DNA of 64,000 nt from Malacoraja senta (GCA_038087875.1 CM075990.1:12154001-12218000), one strand, 5' to 3'; shown: positions 1 through 14,884, counted from the stretch's first letter. The notes: generated by a model from the sequence alone, not told the origin. Made by a program: numbers and translations.

Positions 1-126
1 CCGTGACCTGCGCGGGTTTTCTCCGAGATCTTTGGTTTCCTCCCACACTCCAAAGACGTACAGGTTTGTAGGTTAATTGACTTGGTATAAATGTAAATTG
101 CCCCGAGTGTGTGTACGATAGCGTTA

Positions 127-362
127 AGGGCCTATCCCAAGAGCATGCGACTGCATGCGGCAAGCGCGACCTGACGTGGTCGCTTGAGCCGTACGGTCTC
201 GTGGGGCCGGTCCCACTTCGATTGCCGGAGCTGTATGGAGTTGTGCGGAGCTGGTCCCGACATCGCGCGGGGCTCCGAAAAACTGACAGTGTTCAAAAAT
301 TCCGCGCGGCAACGGGCCTGCCGGCCCGCAGCCGCCTCGACGCCGTACGCACCGCCTCGATG
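127..362. mobile_element. Harbinger-type MITE, one end only (same family as 35962-36427, opposite orientation)
   Basis: TTA (124-126) followed by agggcctatccca. The body is the reverse complement of ~36165-36340. Inserted in a V-SINE. Confidence 0.75.
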
Positions 363-634
363 TGCTAGCTGTTCTCTTCACTGCCTGAACTGCTGATCAT
401 TTTCTACCGGTTATATTTTAATTTCATCACGCTGACTTCTGCAGTGTTTTGTCTTTGTGCGTTGGTCTCTCATGTTCCGGCTACTCATGCAGTACTGTGT
501 TCAGTTTGGCTCAGTCTGTTACAGGAAAGATGCCAGCAGGCTGTAAATAGACCAGAGAAGATTGGCAAGGATGATGCTAGGACTCGAGGTATCTGACCTA
601 TAAGGGGTTGGGCAGGCAAGGACTTGATTCCTTA

Positions 635-1036
635 AGGGCCTGTCCCACTTTCACGACTTAATTCAAAACCTCTGCCGAGTTTAAAGGACCTAAAAAAAAA
701 ATCAAGATCGTGGTAATCTACGAACTCCTACGACTATGTTCACGAACTCCAACGAGTATGGCTACGAATTACCACGACTATTTCGATGCCCTCCTTACGA
801 GTAAAAAGTTGCAATTTCTTTCATCCCGACCATTTTTTTACTCGTGGACATTTTTTATCGGGCTGGAAAAAACGTCCCGACTTACCTGATGCCACGTGTA
901 CCTACAGCTGGCGTAACGAGCCGCTACGATATATCTACGAACTCCTACGGACTCGTTACGAACATTCTGCGAGTTTGAATCAAGGGGAAAACCCGGGAGA
1001 ATTCGTGAATTACCTCGTGAAAGTGGGACAGGCCCT
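635..1036. mobile_element. Harbinger-type MITE (tacga-rich family)
   Basis: TIR agggcctgtcccactttcacga...tcgtgaaagtgggacaggccct with TTA TSD (632-634, 1037-1039). The empty site restores a CR1 fragment (gattccTTAgagagcaggaggctgagg). Confidence 0.88.
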
Positions 1037-2364
1037 TTAGAGAGCAGGAGGCTGAGGAGAGATCATATAGAGTTGTATAAAATCCTGAGGGGAATAGATA
1101 TATTGAATGTACAGAGTCTTTTTCCCAAGGTAACGAATCAAGAACTCGAGGGAATGGGTTTATGGTGAAAGCAGAAAGATTTAACAGGAAGCTCAGTTTA
1201 GATTTTTTAGTTATAGCATGGAAACAAGCTCTTCGACGCACCGGGTCCATGCCAACCCATGCACGAGTTCTGTCCGACACACTTGGGACAATTTATAGAA
1301 GGCAATTAACCTACAAACCTGTACGTCTTTGGAATGTGAGAGGAAAAAGGAGCAGTCGGAGTAAACCCACACAGTAACAGGGAGAAAGTACAAACTCCGT
1401 ACAGACAGCACCCGCAGTCAGGATCGAACCCCAGTCTCTGGTGCTGCAAGGCAGCAACTCTACCGCTGCGCCAATGTGCTGCCCCGAGTGGCAACTTTTA
1501 CATGCGGAGGGTGGTGGGTACATGGAATGAGCTGCCACAGGAAATAGTTGAGGCAGGAAACAATAAAAGAATGTAACAGACACTTGGGGCAGGTTCATGG
1601 ATAGGAACGGTTTGGAGGGCCATAGGGCAGACGCAGGCAGATGGGACGAGCTGGGATGGGGCATCTTGGTCGGCATGGGCGAAATGGGCTGAAGGGCCTT
1701 TTTCCCTGCTGTACGACTCTATGATTCTAAGTGCCCACTGTTCCTCCACTACTGCCTGAACGGTTGATCTTTTCCTGCTGGTGATGTCTTCATTTTGTAT
1801 TCCTGGCATCCACAGTGTTTTGCCTCGGGTACTCGTGTGCTGTCTCAGCTCATAGTCCTAAACTGCAATGTGCTCCTCGCTGGGGAATCGGAGGCATTGT
1901 GACTCCTCATGCAGTCTGATTGCTTTGGCTCGTGATAGTGAATGATGTCCCCAAACCTTGGTGCCTTGGTGTTGCAAATGAAAGGGTAAAAGGCTAATGT
2001 GGCTGAAGACAATTCAGTCCCCTAGCATTCTCTGTTGGTCTTTATTGTGTTTGACTTTGCAAATCTTGCAGCCTGATCGTGTGAGTCAATCCACTGGAGA
2101 GAATGGTCAGCAGTATCTGTTTTACTGCACGCTTTTAAACTGAAGATTGGCCACTGTAATATTGTTTAAACATTGCATATGTAGCAGACAAATGAAGATG
2201 TGGTGGTTCTTACACATGGGCTAATACTCTAGGATAACTAAACAAAGATAATTGAATTAGATCGTTGTTCAAGCGAGTTCGGATTGAACCTTCTGAAGAA
2301 GGGTCTTGACCCGAAACGTTGCCCATTCCTTCTCTCCAGAGATGCTGCCTCACCCGCTGAGTTA

Positions 2365-2609
2365 AGGGCCTGTCCCACTTTCACGACCTAATTCACGACC
2401 TTTTTTACTCGTGGACATTTTTCATCAGGCTAGAAAAACGCCCGACCTACTTGATGCCACGAGTACCTACGACTAGCATCACGACCTACCTACGTCCTAC
2501 CTACGACCTCTACGACCTCCTACGACCTCATGACGACCATGCTGCGAGTATGAGTCAAGGCAAACTCGGTTGAGGTCGTGAATTAGGTCGTGAAAGTGCG
2601 ACAGGCCCT
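2365..2609. mobile_element. Harbinger-type MITE (tacgac-repeat family)
   Basis: Long TIRs (agggcctgtcccactttcacgacctaattcacgacc) with TTA TSD (2362-2364, 2610-2612). The empty site restores cccgctgagTTActccagc of the PLE repeat. Confidence 0.88.
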
Positions 2610-2689
2610 TTACTCCAGCATTTTGTGTACCTTCGGATTGACTTTTAAGCACGCTTTGAGCGCTCAACACCGTGCCTGGGAGGTAGTCC

Positions 2690-4170
2690 ACCCCTACCAC
2701 CGAGCAGCAGATAATAATCCTGGATTCACCCCACGTTTGGAGAGCCCTGACCAGGGTTGACCCACGGAAAGCCCCAGGACCAGACAACATACCTGGTCGT
2801 GTGCGCAAGGAATGTGCTAACCAGCTGGCGGACGTCCTCACAGACATTTTCAACATCTCCCTGAGCAGAGTGCAGGCAGCAAATCCAACGTCACAGCACT
2901 TCAAGCAGAGTGCAGGCAGCAAATCCAACGTCACAGCACTTCAAGCAGAGTGCAGGCAGCAAATCCAACGTCACAGCACTTCAAGCAGAGTGCAGGCAGC
3001 AAATCCAATGCCACAGCACTTCAAGCAGAGGGCAGGCAGCAAATCCAACGTCACAGCACTTCAAACAGAGTGCAGGCAGCAAATCCAATGCCACAGCACT
3101 TCAAGCAGAGTGCAGGCAGCTAATCCAATGTCACAGCACTTCAAGCCGCCATGATCATCCCGGTGCCAGTAAAGTCATCTGTCTCCTGCCTCGATGGCTG
3201 CCGTCCCCGTGGCACTGACCCCACCGTGATGAAGTGCTTTGAACGGTTAATCGTGGGACTCATCAAGGATAGCCTCCCCACCTCACTGGGCCCCCACCAG
3301 TTCGCACACCGCCCTAACTGCTCCACAGAAGATGCCATCTCCTCCACCCTCCACGCAGTCCTCTCCCACATAGACAACAACAAAAACACCTACGCTCGAA
3401 TGGTATTTATTGACTTCAGCTCGGCATTCAACACGATCATCCCTGACTCAGAAGCTGGTGGGGAAGCTCTCCCTGCTCGGCCTCAATACCCCCCTCGACA
3501 ACTGGATCCTGGACTTCTCAACACATCCACCACAGTCAGTCCGTGTTAACAATAACACCTCAAACATCCTGAACACCAGAGCACCCCCCCCCCCCCCAAG
3601 ACTGTGTGCTTAGCCCACTACTATTCACACTACCTACCCACCACTGTGCCGGCAAACACAACACCAACCAGATAAACACATTTGCTGATGACACTACAGT
3701 GGTGGGCCTCATCAGAGACAACATCGAGACTGCCTACAGAGAGGAAGTGACGCAGCTTGTGAACTGGTGCAAAGACAACAATGAACGTCACCAAGACCAA
3801 AGAGATGATTGCCGACTTCAGGGGAACGCAGGCTGCCCACTCCCCCTGCACATCAATGGCTCCATCGTGAAGAGGGGTGAGCAACATCGAATTCCTAGGG
3901 GTGCACCTCGCTGATGACCTCGCCTGGTCTCTTAACACTACACACCTGGCCGGGAGGGCTCAACAGAGGCTGTACTTCCACAGGAGGCTGAAACGAGGGA
4001 GGCTTCCCCCACCCATCCTCTCTATGTTCTACAGAGGTACCGCGGAGAGTGTCGTGACCAGCTGCATCACCGTCTGGTACGGCAACCGCGCCGCATCAGG
4101 CAGGAAGACTCTGCAGAGATTAGTCAGCTCAGCGGAGAACCCTCTCCCATCCATTCAAGAGTTCAAGGCC
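2690..4170 (+). mobile_element. Rex1/Babar-like LINE RT fragment, decayed
   Basis: KAPGPD (in DNA), [72 protein letters not shown], with frameshifts. Confidence 0.85.
2864..3145 (+). repeat. 40-bp minisatellite, ~7 copies
   Basis: Unit agcagagtgcaggcagcaaatccaacgtcacagcacttca in direct tandem with few substitutions and no spacers. Confidence 0.95.
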
Positions 4171-4860
4171 ATGCACCAATTGGTACCGTGAGATTTGAAT
4201 GACCATATAACCATACGAATAAAAAGAACACAATGCACCATAGAATATAACATGAACATCCCCACACAGCAGAATCAACGTTCCCCACTGTGAGGGAAGC
4301 CAATGAAGTTCAGTCATCTTCCTCTTTGTTCACCCGTGGTCGGGGTCTTTGAGCCCTCCACAGTAGCCGCAACGGCGGCCCGATGTTCAAGCCCTCTTGC
4401 CGGGATGATGGAACTCCGGCGTCGGAACGTAAGAACACTCTCAGCGGCTTGGAGTTCCGAATCGGCCACTTCTTACCGGAGACCGCGGTTTCCGAAGTCC
4501 ACAGGCCGAGCTGGGCGGAGCTCCAACACAGGCGATCCCCGGTAAGGCATTGTCCTGCTCCACGACGGGATTCAGCGCTGCTCCGCCGCTGAAGCTCTGG
4601 CCGGTCTCCGGCAGGAAAGGCCGCGCCAATCCAGATGGTAGGCCGCGAGGGGGGGGGGGGCGAAGACGCTACTCGGAGAATAGTCGCATCTCGACCTTGA
4701 AGTGACTGGGAAACAGTTTCCCCCTTCCCCTCCCCACCTCCCCCACATAAAAACGTCTAAGAAACCTCCAGGAATATACTTTTAAACAGATTAAAAATAA
4801 CAAAAAGGGTGAAAGGACGAACAGACTGCTGGCGAGGCTGCCGCGCGGAGCGCCACCCGA
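4170..4860 (-). mobile_element. GC-rich non-coding interspersed repeat with a LINE-like 3' tail (unclassified)
   Basis: The reverse complement of ~4230-4350 aligns by eye with ~17230-17350 (gaacaaag..gga..ctgaactt..cacagtg..gatgtt..ttctat..tgtg). No coding capacity recognised. Confidence 0.5.
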
Positions 4861-4881
4861 TGACGTAATATCTGACAGTTA

Positions 4882-5200
4882 TAGCCCTGTCCCACGGTAC
4901 GAGTTCATTCCAAGAGCTCTCCCGAGTTAAAAAAAAATAAACTCGTGTTAAGCACGTAGAATGAACGTAGCGGGTACGTCGGAGCTCGGGGACGTCTCTT
5001 AGCGCTAACGGCAAGTACTCGGGAAGACTCGCTAATGGCAGGTAAGCACGGGAAGACTCGTGAAGATTTTTCAACATGATGAAAAATGTCCACGAGAGCC
5101 CCGAGTACCGACGAGTGGCCATTACCGTAAATCTCCGAATTCGAATCAGGGCAAACTCGGGAGAACTCTTGGAATGAACTCGTACCGTGGGACCGGGGTT
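4882..5200. mobile_element. Harbinger-type MITE (ctcggga family)
   Basis: Ends tagccctgtcccacggtacgag / ctcgtaccgtgggaccggggtt with TTA on both sides. Homologous to 10358-10656, 50789-51000 and 51299-51607. Confidence 0.85.
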
Positions 5201-5544
5201 TTAATTAGCACTTATATTAGCAGTTAATCCCATTTGACTTGTGCTGTTGTGGAGCCTAGGTGGTGTGATTTTTTTTTTGTTTTCCTTACCTCATTATATT
5301 GTTAGCCAACACAAAATAGTTAGTTTTGCATCGAGTTTCCATTTACATTCTGGACATTTTCAACATATGATGCCTCCGAAAAGCCTCCAACATTATTAAG
5401 GACTCCTCCCACCACTTCCATGGACTCTTTGTCCCTCTGCCCTCTGACATGAAGCACAGGAGCATCAAGGCCAGCACCACCAGGATGTGCAACAGCTTCT
5501 GCCTCCTGGCTGGTAGAATGATGAGCACCTTGCTACCCTCCAAC

Positions 5545-7063
<1,519 letters not shown>

Positions 7064-7346
7064 CTGGCACCTTACATCAATATCAACCACTACGCATCTT
7101 GCACCTCAGCCCCGTGACGAACGGCATTTCGTTCAAATGTATACTTATATGTTCGAATGACAAATAAATTATTATTATTATTACTATTAATATTACTATT
7201 ATTATCAGTCTCATCTCTAGCAAGTCTCTTGAATAAAAATAGAATATGTTTGATCGTGGTTATCTGTGGGAAGAGGAACGGTGAACCTTTCAGGCCAAAG
7301 ACCCTTCGTTGGAACTACATTAGAGAGAAACAGGTTGGTCTTGGTA

Positions 7347-7518
7347 AGGGCCTGTCCCATTTGGGCGTCACGCAGATGGCGCGCGAAGATTTTGTACATC
7401 CCAAAATCCTGGGGCGCTGCGCGTGTCACTGCCTACGTCACCACGCACCATGCGCGCATAAGTGCGTCGTGACGCGTAAATTATGTTGCGCAAATGACGC
7501 CCAAGTGGGACAGGCCCT
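7347..7518. mobile_element. Harbinger-type MITE (tgacgc family), GTA TSD
   Basis: agggcctgtcccatttgggcgtca...tgacgcccaagtgggacaggccct flanked by GTA (7344-7346, 7519-7521). Homologous to 16722-16910. Confidence 0.85.
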
Positions 7519-10357
7519 GTAGTTGTTTTTAAATTTGAGGAACAAAGGGAATTTCTGTGATAGGATGGAATAATGTGGCCACTAATTAGCAGTTAATCCC
7601 ATTTGACTTGTGATGTAGTACAGCCTGGCTGGTGTGATTTTTTTTCTTTCTTTCTGTTTTCTTAATTCATTATATTGTTAGCCAGCACAAAATAAATAGT
7701 TTCTTCAAGCTTCAAGTTTCCATTTACAATGCAATTAATTTCTCGTGGATGAAAGCTGTTTCTGTTTTCGAAATTGATTTAAAGACACACAGGTCTTCCA
7801 GTCCAAAGGATTTCAATTGCTTGTGTTTTCCTGTTACAACGAAAATACATTTAACTTGGGGTCTTTAGAAGCACCCCTAACCTGAAGTACTCCAGAGCTG
7901 CATTTTATTATTCTTGATACATTTGTTTTACATTTGATAGATTTAATCTTTCAATGACCTGTTTATGCAGTATGACTGATCGTCCTTGTGCGTTCCATCC
8001 CTTGAGGGGAGAGAGTTTAGAAATACAGCGCGGAAACAGGCCAATCGGCACACTCAGTCCGTGCCGACCAGCGATCCCCATCCACTGACACTCTAGGGAC
8101 AGTTTACAATTTGTTCACCGAAGCCAATTAACCAACAAACCTACACGTCTTGGGAGTGTGGGAGGAAACTGGAGCACTCGGGGAAAACCCATGCAGGTCA
8201 CGGGGAGAACGTACAAACTCCGTACGGACAAGCACCCATAGTCAAGATTGAACCCGTGTCTCTGGCGCTGTAAGGCAGCAACTCTACCGCTGCGGCACCG
8301 TGTTTGCACTGAATAGAAACAGTAGGCATCTTTCCCTGGACCTTTGTGCCAGCATGGTCATGGTTGGCCATCATAATGTCCAGGGATTGCTTATGAACAT
8401 GGGGTGGGGAGTGGTATTCAGTTTGAAGACAGATTCCAACCAGAAATGATGTCAGCCCTTTCCCTCCTCCCCCCATCCCCCACCATCCTCCCCCCATCCC
8501 CCACCACCCCCCCCCAAACCCGCCCCGCATCCTACCTGACCTGCTGAGTTCTTGAGTTTTTTGCTCAGGGATTTAGGTGTATTGGAGGCAGTTTAGACAA
8601 GGTTGCTAAATCCACTTCTTAGAATAAAGGGGGGTGGGGTTTAGAGGGTGGGGAGATTGAGCATGTTGGGCATATATTTAATGAAATTAATGGAGAAATT
8701 GATGTTCCAACCAGATTGCCTCTCCCTTTTAACGAGACTTTGAAAGCTTGACCTGGTTGATTGCTGATGGCTGTTTCCCATCATAGAAACTAGAAATCAT
8801 GCTTTAAGAATGACGACTTGCTAGTTTAAGGTGTCGATGATAAGGAATGTCTTCTCTGGTGATAGTCACAAAAAGCTGGAGTAGCTCAGTGGGACAGGCA
8901 GCATCTCTGGAGAGAAGGAATGGGTGACGTTTCGGGTCGAGACCCTTCAGACTGGTTAGGGAGCAGGGAAAGTTTCCCTTGTCCCTAACCAGACTGAAGT
9001 AGGGTCTTAACTCGATCTTTTGTATCTATCTTCGGTTTAAACCAGCATCTGCAGTTCCTTCCTACGCATGTCTTCCCTGGTAATTAGGCTTTGGCAATTC
9101 TCCACTCTGGAGAATCTTTGCATCATGGATTATATTCAGATGGTTGGCTTAGGGGTGCCAAAGATTTTAGGGCCAGTCAGAAAAGAAGGTCAGATCAACC
9201 ACGATCTTGTTGAATGGTGCAACAGGATCAGGAAACATATGGCGTATTCTTGCTCTTATATCTTGTGCTGTTATGTTCCGATATTGGTGGCCATTGTGTT
9301 CAGAATATTTGATTGAGGGTGTAACCTTGCCAGTCTGCCCAGTGGTATCTCAGCAGATGCCACATGAGGGGCTTGAGACTGGGTCTTTGCGAGTTCAAAT
9401 CTGAACGTCTGTGGAATGTAGGAGGAAATCAGAGCACCCGGTGAAAACTCAGGTGGTCACAAGAAGAACGTATAAATACCATGCGGACAGCATCCGTGGT
9501 CTGGATCGAACCCCCATCACTGGAGGTTGTAAGGCAGCAACTCCACCGCTGCGTCATTGTGCCTCCACAAATACTCCCTCCATTTCGATGGTGGGTTTGT
9601 CTACGGCCTGCAGCAATATGTATTGCAGTGGCAAGCAAAATCTCATGGGGGGTTGGTATCACATTGGTTTTCCATTTATTGTGCCCATGTTTCCCGCCTT
9701 CCCTGTTTTATAGGTTGTGCTCTCTCCCAGCTCGTGTGGGTTGATATATAGATACATAGGTGCAGGAGTAGGCCATTCGGCCCTTCGAGCCGGCACCGCC
9801 ATTCAATATGATCATGGCTGATCATCCAACTCAGTATCCTGTACCTGCCTTCTCTCCATACCCCCTGATCCCTTTAGCCACAAGGGCCACATCTAACCCT
9901 CTTAAATATAGCCAATGAACTGGCCTCAACTACCCTCTGTGGCAGAGAGTTCCAGAGATTCACCACTCTCTGTGATGAAGTGTTACCTTCCTTCCCGAGT
10001 GCTGCGATTGTCTGAACTCTCCAAGCTCCTGCTCTTTATTTATCTCCTGTCTCTACTCTGCATTCTGCACCTCTCTACCTTCTCCTTAGATCTGACCTTT
10101 CAAATTGATCGCCTGATCTTAGAAATTTGATTTTTTTAATTTAAAAAAAAATAAGATTCTGTTCTATTAAACTCTTAAATTTCATCTCCCGATCTACAGT
10201 TTTGCCCGGGTATGCTGGCTGGGCTTTATCTCCCAGTACTGGCCACACGTGACTGCACAACGAGGCGCCATTTTGAATACAAGATGGTTTAGGGTGGTGT
10301 TTCTGTATTCAGTGGCAGTCAGTTGCTCACTCAAGAAGCAGAGCAGAAGCAGTGTTA

Positions 10358-10656
10358 AGGCCCTGTCCCACGATGCGAGTTTACCCAAGAGCTCTCCCGA
10401 GTTAAAAAAAATAAAATCAAACTCGTGGTACTTCATCACGAGTATTTTTTTACTCTTGGAAATTTTTCACACTATTGAAAAATCTTCACGAGTTTCCGCT
10501 TTTCCCGAGTACCTGCCGTTAGCATTACGAGCCGCTACGAGACGTCCACGAGCTCCGACGTACCCGCTACGTACATTCTACGTACTTACCACGAGTTTGA
10601 TATTTTTTTAAACTCAGGAGAGCTCTTGGGTAAACTCGTATAGTGGGTCAGGGCCT
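10358..10656. mobile_element. Harbinger-type MITE (ctcggga family)
   Basis: aggccctgtcccac...gtgggtcagggcct with flanks TTA/TGA. The body is homologous to 51299-51607. Confidence 0.82.
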
Positions 10657-10905
10657 TGAGGAAAATTCAAACTGACTCCGTCCAGCGATGAGTGCAGCAA
10701 ATAAAAATACAGAGAGTGTATGTATGTTGGGAGAGATTTGAGAAAGAGACTCACTATTCTATCTCTCCAAAGATGCTGCCTGTCCCACTGAGTTACTCCA
10801 ACTTTTTGTGTTAATCTTTGGTTTAAACCAGCATCTGCCGTTCCTTCCTTCATACTTTATCTTACACCTTTATCTTCTACCAGCATTTTGTGTCTATCTT
10901 CGGTT

Positions 10906-11500
10906 TAAGTAAGTAAGTAAGTTTATTGGCCAAGTATTCACATACAAGGAATTTACCTTGGTGCTCCGCCCACAAGTAACAACATGACATACAGTGACAG
11001 TTATGAATAACTCAGAAAACACTAAATATTAATAATAATAAGACATTAATGATAAAACACCATTGATCAAGCATGTGAACCAACAAAATACCAGATCAAA
11101 GGGAGGCTACAGATTTTTGGCTGTTGAGTAGAGCAACTACTTGTGGATAAAAAACAGTTTTTATGTCTGGCTGTGGCAGCTTTGACAGTCCGGAGTCGCC
11201 TTCCAGAGGGAAGTGATTCAAAGAGTTTGTGGCCAGGGTGAGAGGGGTCAGAGATGATCTTGCCCGCTCGCTTCCTGGCCCTTGCAGTGTACAGTTCATC
11301 AATGGAGGGAAGGTTGCAGCCAATAACCTTCTCTGCCGATCGGACGATTCGCTGCAGCCTCCGGATGCCGTGCTTGGTGGCTGAGCCAAACCAGACCATG
11401 ATGGAGAAGGTGAGAACAGACTCTACGATGGCCGTGTAGAATTGGACCATCATTGCCTGTGGCAGATTGTGCTTCCTCAGCTGCCGTAGGAAGTACATCT
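10906..11500 (-). mobile_element. Rex1/Babar-like LINE 3' end with (TACT)n tail; near-identical shorter copy at ~61312-61632
   Basis: MYFLRQLRK..ESVLTFSIMVWFGS..DPSHPGHKLFESLPSGRRLR. gtttaa is duplicated at both ends within a PLE repeat. Confidence 0.85.
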
Positions 11501-14370
11501 GTTTAAACCAGCATCTTACACGGAACTATTTACATGCTGCACGACTGTGACTTTTTTCCATGGCTGATTTTAACGGTGGTGTCTTTTGCCTCACAATTGC
11601 ACCAATTTTTAAGAACGTTGAAAATGTCTCCAGCTAAAACTTTAACCAACAGGTGCAGTGTAAGATTCAAATAAATAATACAACAAAGACTGATGAGCAG
11701 TGGAACAATGCATGATTTATGTGCATAGAAATGCCCAGCGGGCCCGTAATTAAAATAAAATCCTGTATATAGTCAAGAAGCAACAACAACAACAGCGGAA
11801 AATAGACACCAAATGCTGGAGTAACCCAGCGGGACAGGCAGCGTCTCTGGAGAGAAGGAATGGGTGATGTTTTGGGCTGAGACCCTTCTTCAGACTGAGA
11901 GTCAGGGGGAGGAGACACAGAGATAAGGAGGGGTAAGGTGTGAAACTGGGACATCAAAGTGGGCTAAGATCAAGGAAAATGCACATAAGCTCAGGGAAGG
12001 TGGAAAGATCTTAAAGCCATCTGATCATTTCAAACTTGTCCTTTCTTTCCAGTGACTGCATTTTTATCCCTCATTTCATTGCACCATCGATAGAATAGAG
12101 AGTCAGAACTTTTTTTCCAGGGTGGAAATATCAAGGACTTGACATATGGGGCATAACTTTTAAGGAGAGAGTAGCAAGGTTTAAAGGAGATGGATGGGGC
12201 AAGTCTTTTTATACAGAGGGTTGTGGGTGCCTGGAATATGTTGCCAGGGGTGGTGGTGGAGGCAGATACGATCGTGACATTTAAGTGACTTTCATGTACA
12301 TGGATATGAAAGGGATGCATGGAAATGGCTCAATGCAGGCAGATGGGATTAGTCTATTTTAACATCATGTTTGATAAAGACATTGTGGACCAAAGGGCCT
12401 ATTCCTGTGCTGTATTGTTCGATGTGGTATAATTTAAATGCTTGCGTTATGCATGTACAACGCATGTATAATGCTTGCTTCAAGATCTTGTATTCCTGCC
12501 AAGTGGTAAAATTGACAACTCATTTGTCTTTACCTAGATTGGTGAGAGTCCAGGCAACAGGTGCAGGAGTAGGCCATTCGGCCCTTCGAGTAGTGAGTCA
12601 TTTAACAAAACACATTAGGGACAGCGGTAACTTCACTCGTTGCATCCTAGCCTGGCTCTTTTTTTTCAAATAAGTGCACAATTGCTGCCTGTACTGTCAC
12701 GAGAAGTACCGTATGAGGAGATTTGGTCTGCCGATGAGCACACTCTTGAACTTCTACAGGTGCACAGCAGAGAGCATATTAACTGGTTGCATCACGGCCT
12801 GGTTTGGCAACTCAAACTCCCAGGAATGACTGAGATTAGAAAAAGTAATCTGCCCGGTCCATCACGGGTACAGACCTCCCCACCATCTAAGGGATCTACG
12901 GGAGGCGGTTTCCAGCATTTTCCGTTTTTATTTCAGATTTCCACCATCTGCATTTGTTTGATTTCCAATTCGACTCAGGGTTTACAGGTGGGTCCGAATT
13001 TCCCAGGAACCAATCCAAGTTGCTTGGAGGGACTACATTTAAAGAGCGGCACTTCTGATATATGATGGACAGATTATCCCTGCCATTGCTAATTTCTTTG
13101 GCAGCTTCATTTCTAAACGTTGGTGTATTTGAGCAGGATTATCCAGTCTGATAATCAATAGTTTATGTATGATTTATGGAATTGATTGCATGTCAACTCT
13201 ATCCAAGAGAGTTCACAGTTATGAGGAAGAAGTTCCATTGATTCAGGAATTGAAGTGGGCGGTTTTGCAGATTAAAAATTAATCACTACTGCTTGGGTTT
13301 TAAATTAATTCATTACCAATGCTTGATTTTCCCCTTATCCCCCACCCCTCCCATTGTCGACAACTTCCGGCAGCTTCCAACAGCAAGAATAAAAGGATGT
13401 ACCTTTAGAAAGCAGATGAGAAGGAATTTCTTCAGTCAGAGGGTGGTGAATCTGTGGAATTCATTGCCACAGACGGCTGTCTGTGGAGGCCAAGTAAATG
13501 GATACCTTTAAAGTGGAGATGGACAGTTTTTGATTAGTATGGGTGTCAGGGGTTATGGAGCAAAGACAGGAGAATGGGGTTAGGGGGGAGAGATAGATCA
13601 GCCATGATTGAATGGCGGAGTAGACTTGATGAGCCGAATGGCCTAATTTGGAGATGCTGCGCGGAACAAGTTCTTCGGCCCACCGAGTCCACACATTAGT
13701 GACGATTTACATTGATACCAAGCCAATTAACCTACAAACCTGTAGTTCTTTGGAGTGTTGGAGGATGGAGTTTCCAGAGAAAACCCACACAGGTCACGGG
13801 GAGAACGTACAAACTATGTTACAGATAGCAACTGTAGTCAGGATCGAACCCGGGGCTCTGGCGTTGTAAGGCAGCAACTCTGCCAATAACTGCTGCTACA
13901 ACTCATTACTTGAACTATCATTGGGTATTGGTTGAATGCCCTTGATCCCCTAGAACTTAGCAACTTATAATAAGAACGTTACCGCAAACACGCAAGAAAA
14001 TGGACAATTATCTGAGACGCCTCTCCAGGAAATTATGGTGCAAAAAAAAATCTTGGGCAGTTTTCAGCTCTAAAAGTGGTTTATCATTATGTGGTTTTTT
14101 TGTTGTGACAATTTGCTGGGTTAATTTATTTTATCTTTTGAATCTTTTTCTGTAATTTGACCAGCAGAAGTAAAGTGATGTGAAACCTAACAACTCTGGA
14201 ATGGCATTGAATGGCAAGCAGCATCTGTGAGGAGAGAAGCAGTTTATAGTTCCAGTTGTGGAATGAATCAAAGTTGTTCGACGTGAAATATTAATTTTCA
14301 CTCTTCGCGGATGCTGCCTGACATATTGATTGTGTTTTGTTTCAGTTTTCCAGCATCTGCACACTTTTGA

Positions 14371-14590
14371 GTACATGTGTAGGAAGGAACTGCAGACGCT
14401 GGTTTAAACCGAAGGTAGACACAAAATGCTGGAGTAACTCAGCGGGACAGGCAGCATCTCTGGAGAGAAGGAATGAGTGACGTTTTGGGTCGAGACCCGT
14501 CTTCAGTCTGAAGAAGGATCTCGACCCATTCCTTCTCCCCAGAGATGCTGCCTGTCCCGCAGAGTTACTCCAGCATTTTGTGTCTATCTT
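14371..14590. mobile_element. Inverted pair of short PLE ends with TSD
   Basis: A minus copy followed by a plus copy, joined at the ctgaagaa motif. cacttttga is duplicated at 14362-14370 and 14591-14599. Confidence 0.75.
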
Positions 14591-14689
14591 CACTTTTGAC
14601 AAAAGTCAGAAGTTACATTCATAGGTATTTTGCTGGGTTTTTTTTGGGGAATGCTTTTGTGTTAAATCTTTCCTTTCTCTTCCTTGCAG

Positions 14690-14884
14690 AACACACCGGC
14701 AAGGACACCGATATTCATAGTGAATGCCACGGATCGCGATCAGGGAACTGGGGGCAGTGTGCTGTATTCCTTCCAGCCCCCGTCACGCTTCTTCACCATT
14801 GACGGTGCCAGGGGAGTGGTGACTGTTCAAAGACCCCTGGATTACGAGACCACTCGAGCCTACCAGCTGCAAGTCAATGCGACG
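14690..14884 (+). CDS. cdh23: Cadherin-23 internal coding exon (extracellular cadherin repeat), 195 bp, phase 0/0
   Basis: Polypyrimidine tract plus ttgcAG acceptor (14688-14689) and GTatga donor (14885). Translates NTPARTPIFIVNATDRDQGTGGSVLYSFQPPSRFFTIDGARGVVTVQRPLDYETTRAYQLQVNAT, with cadherin DxD and LDYE motifs, closely matching vertebrate CDH23 as I recall it (NTPVGTPIFIVNATDPDLGAGGSVLYSFQPPS). Confidence 0.95.

Noticed and set aside
2864..3145. CRISPR-like regular repeat
   Set aside because: The units are directly adjacent with no unique spacers, there are no cas genes, and the context is eukaryotic.
11535..11640. Possible fourteenth MITE (central ttttaagaacgttgaaaa dyad)
   Set aside because: No recognisable TIRs or TSD; too degraded to call.
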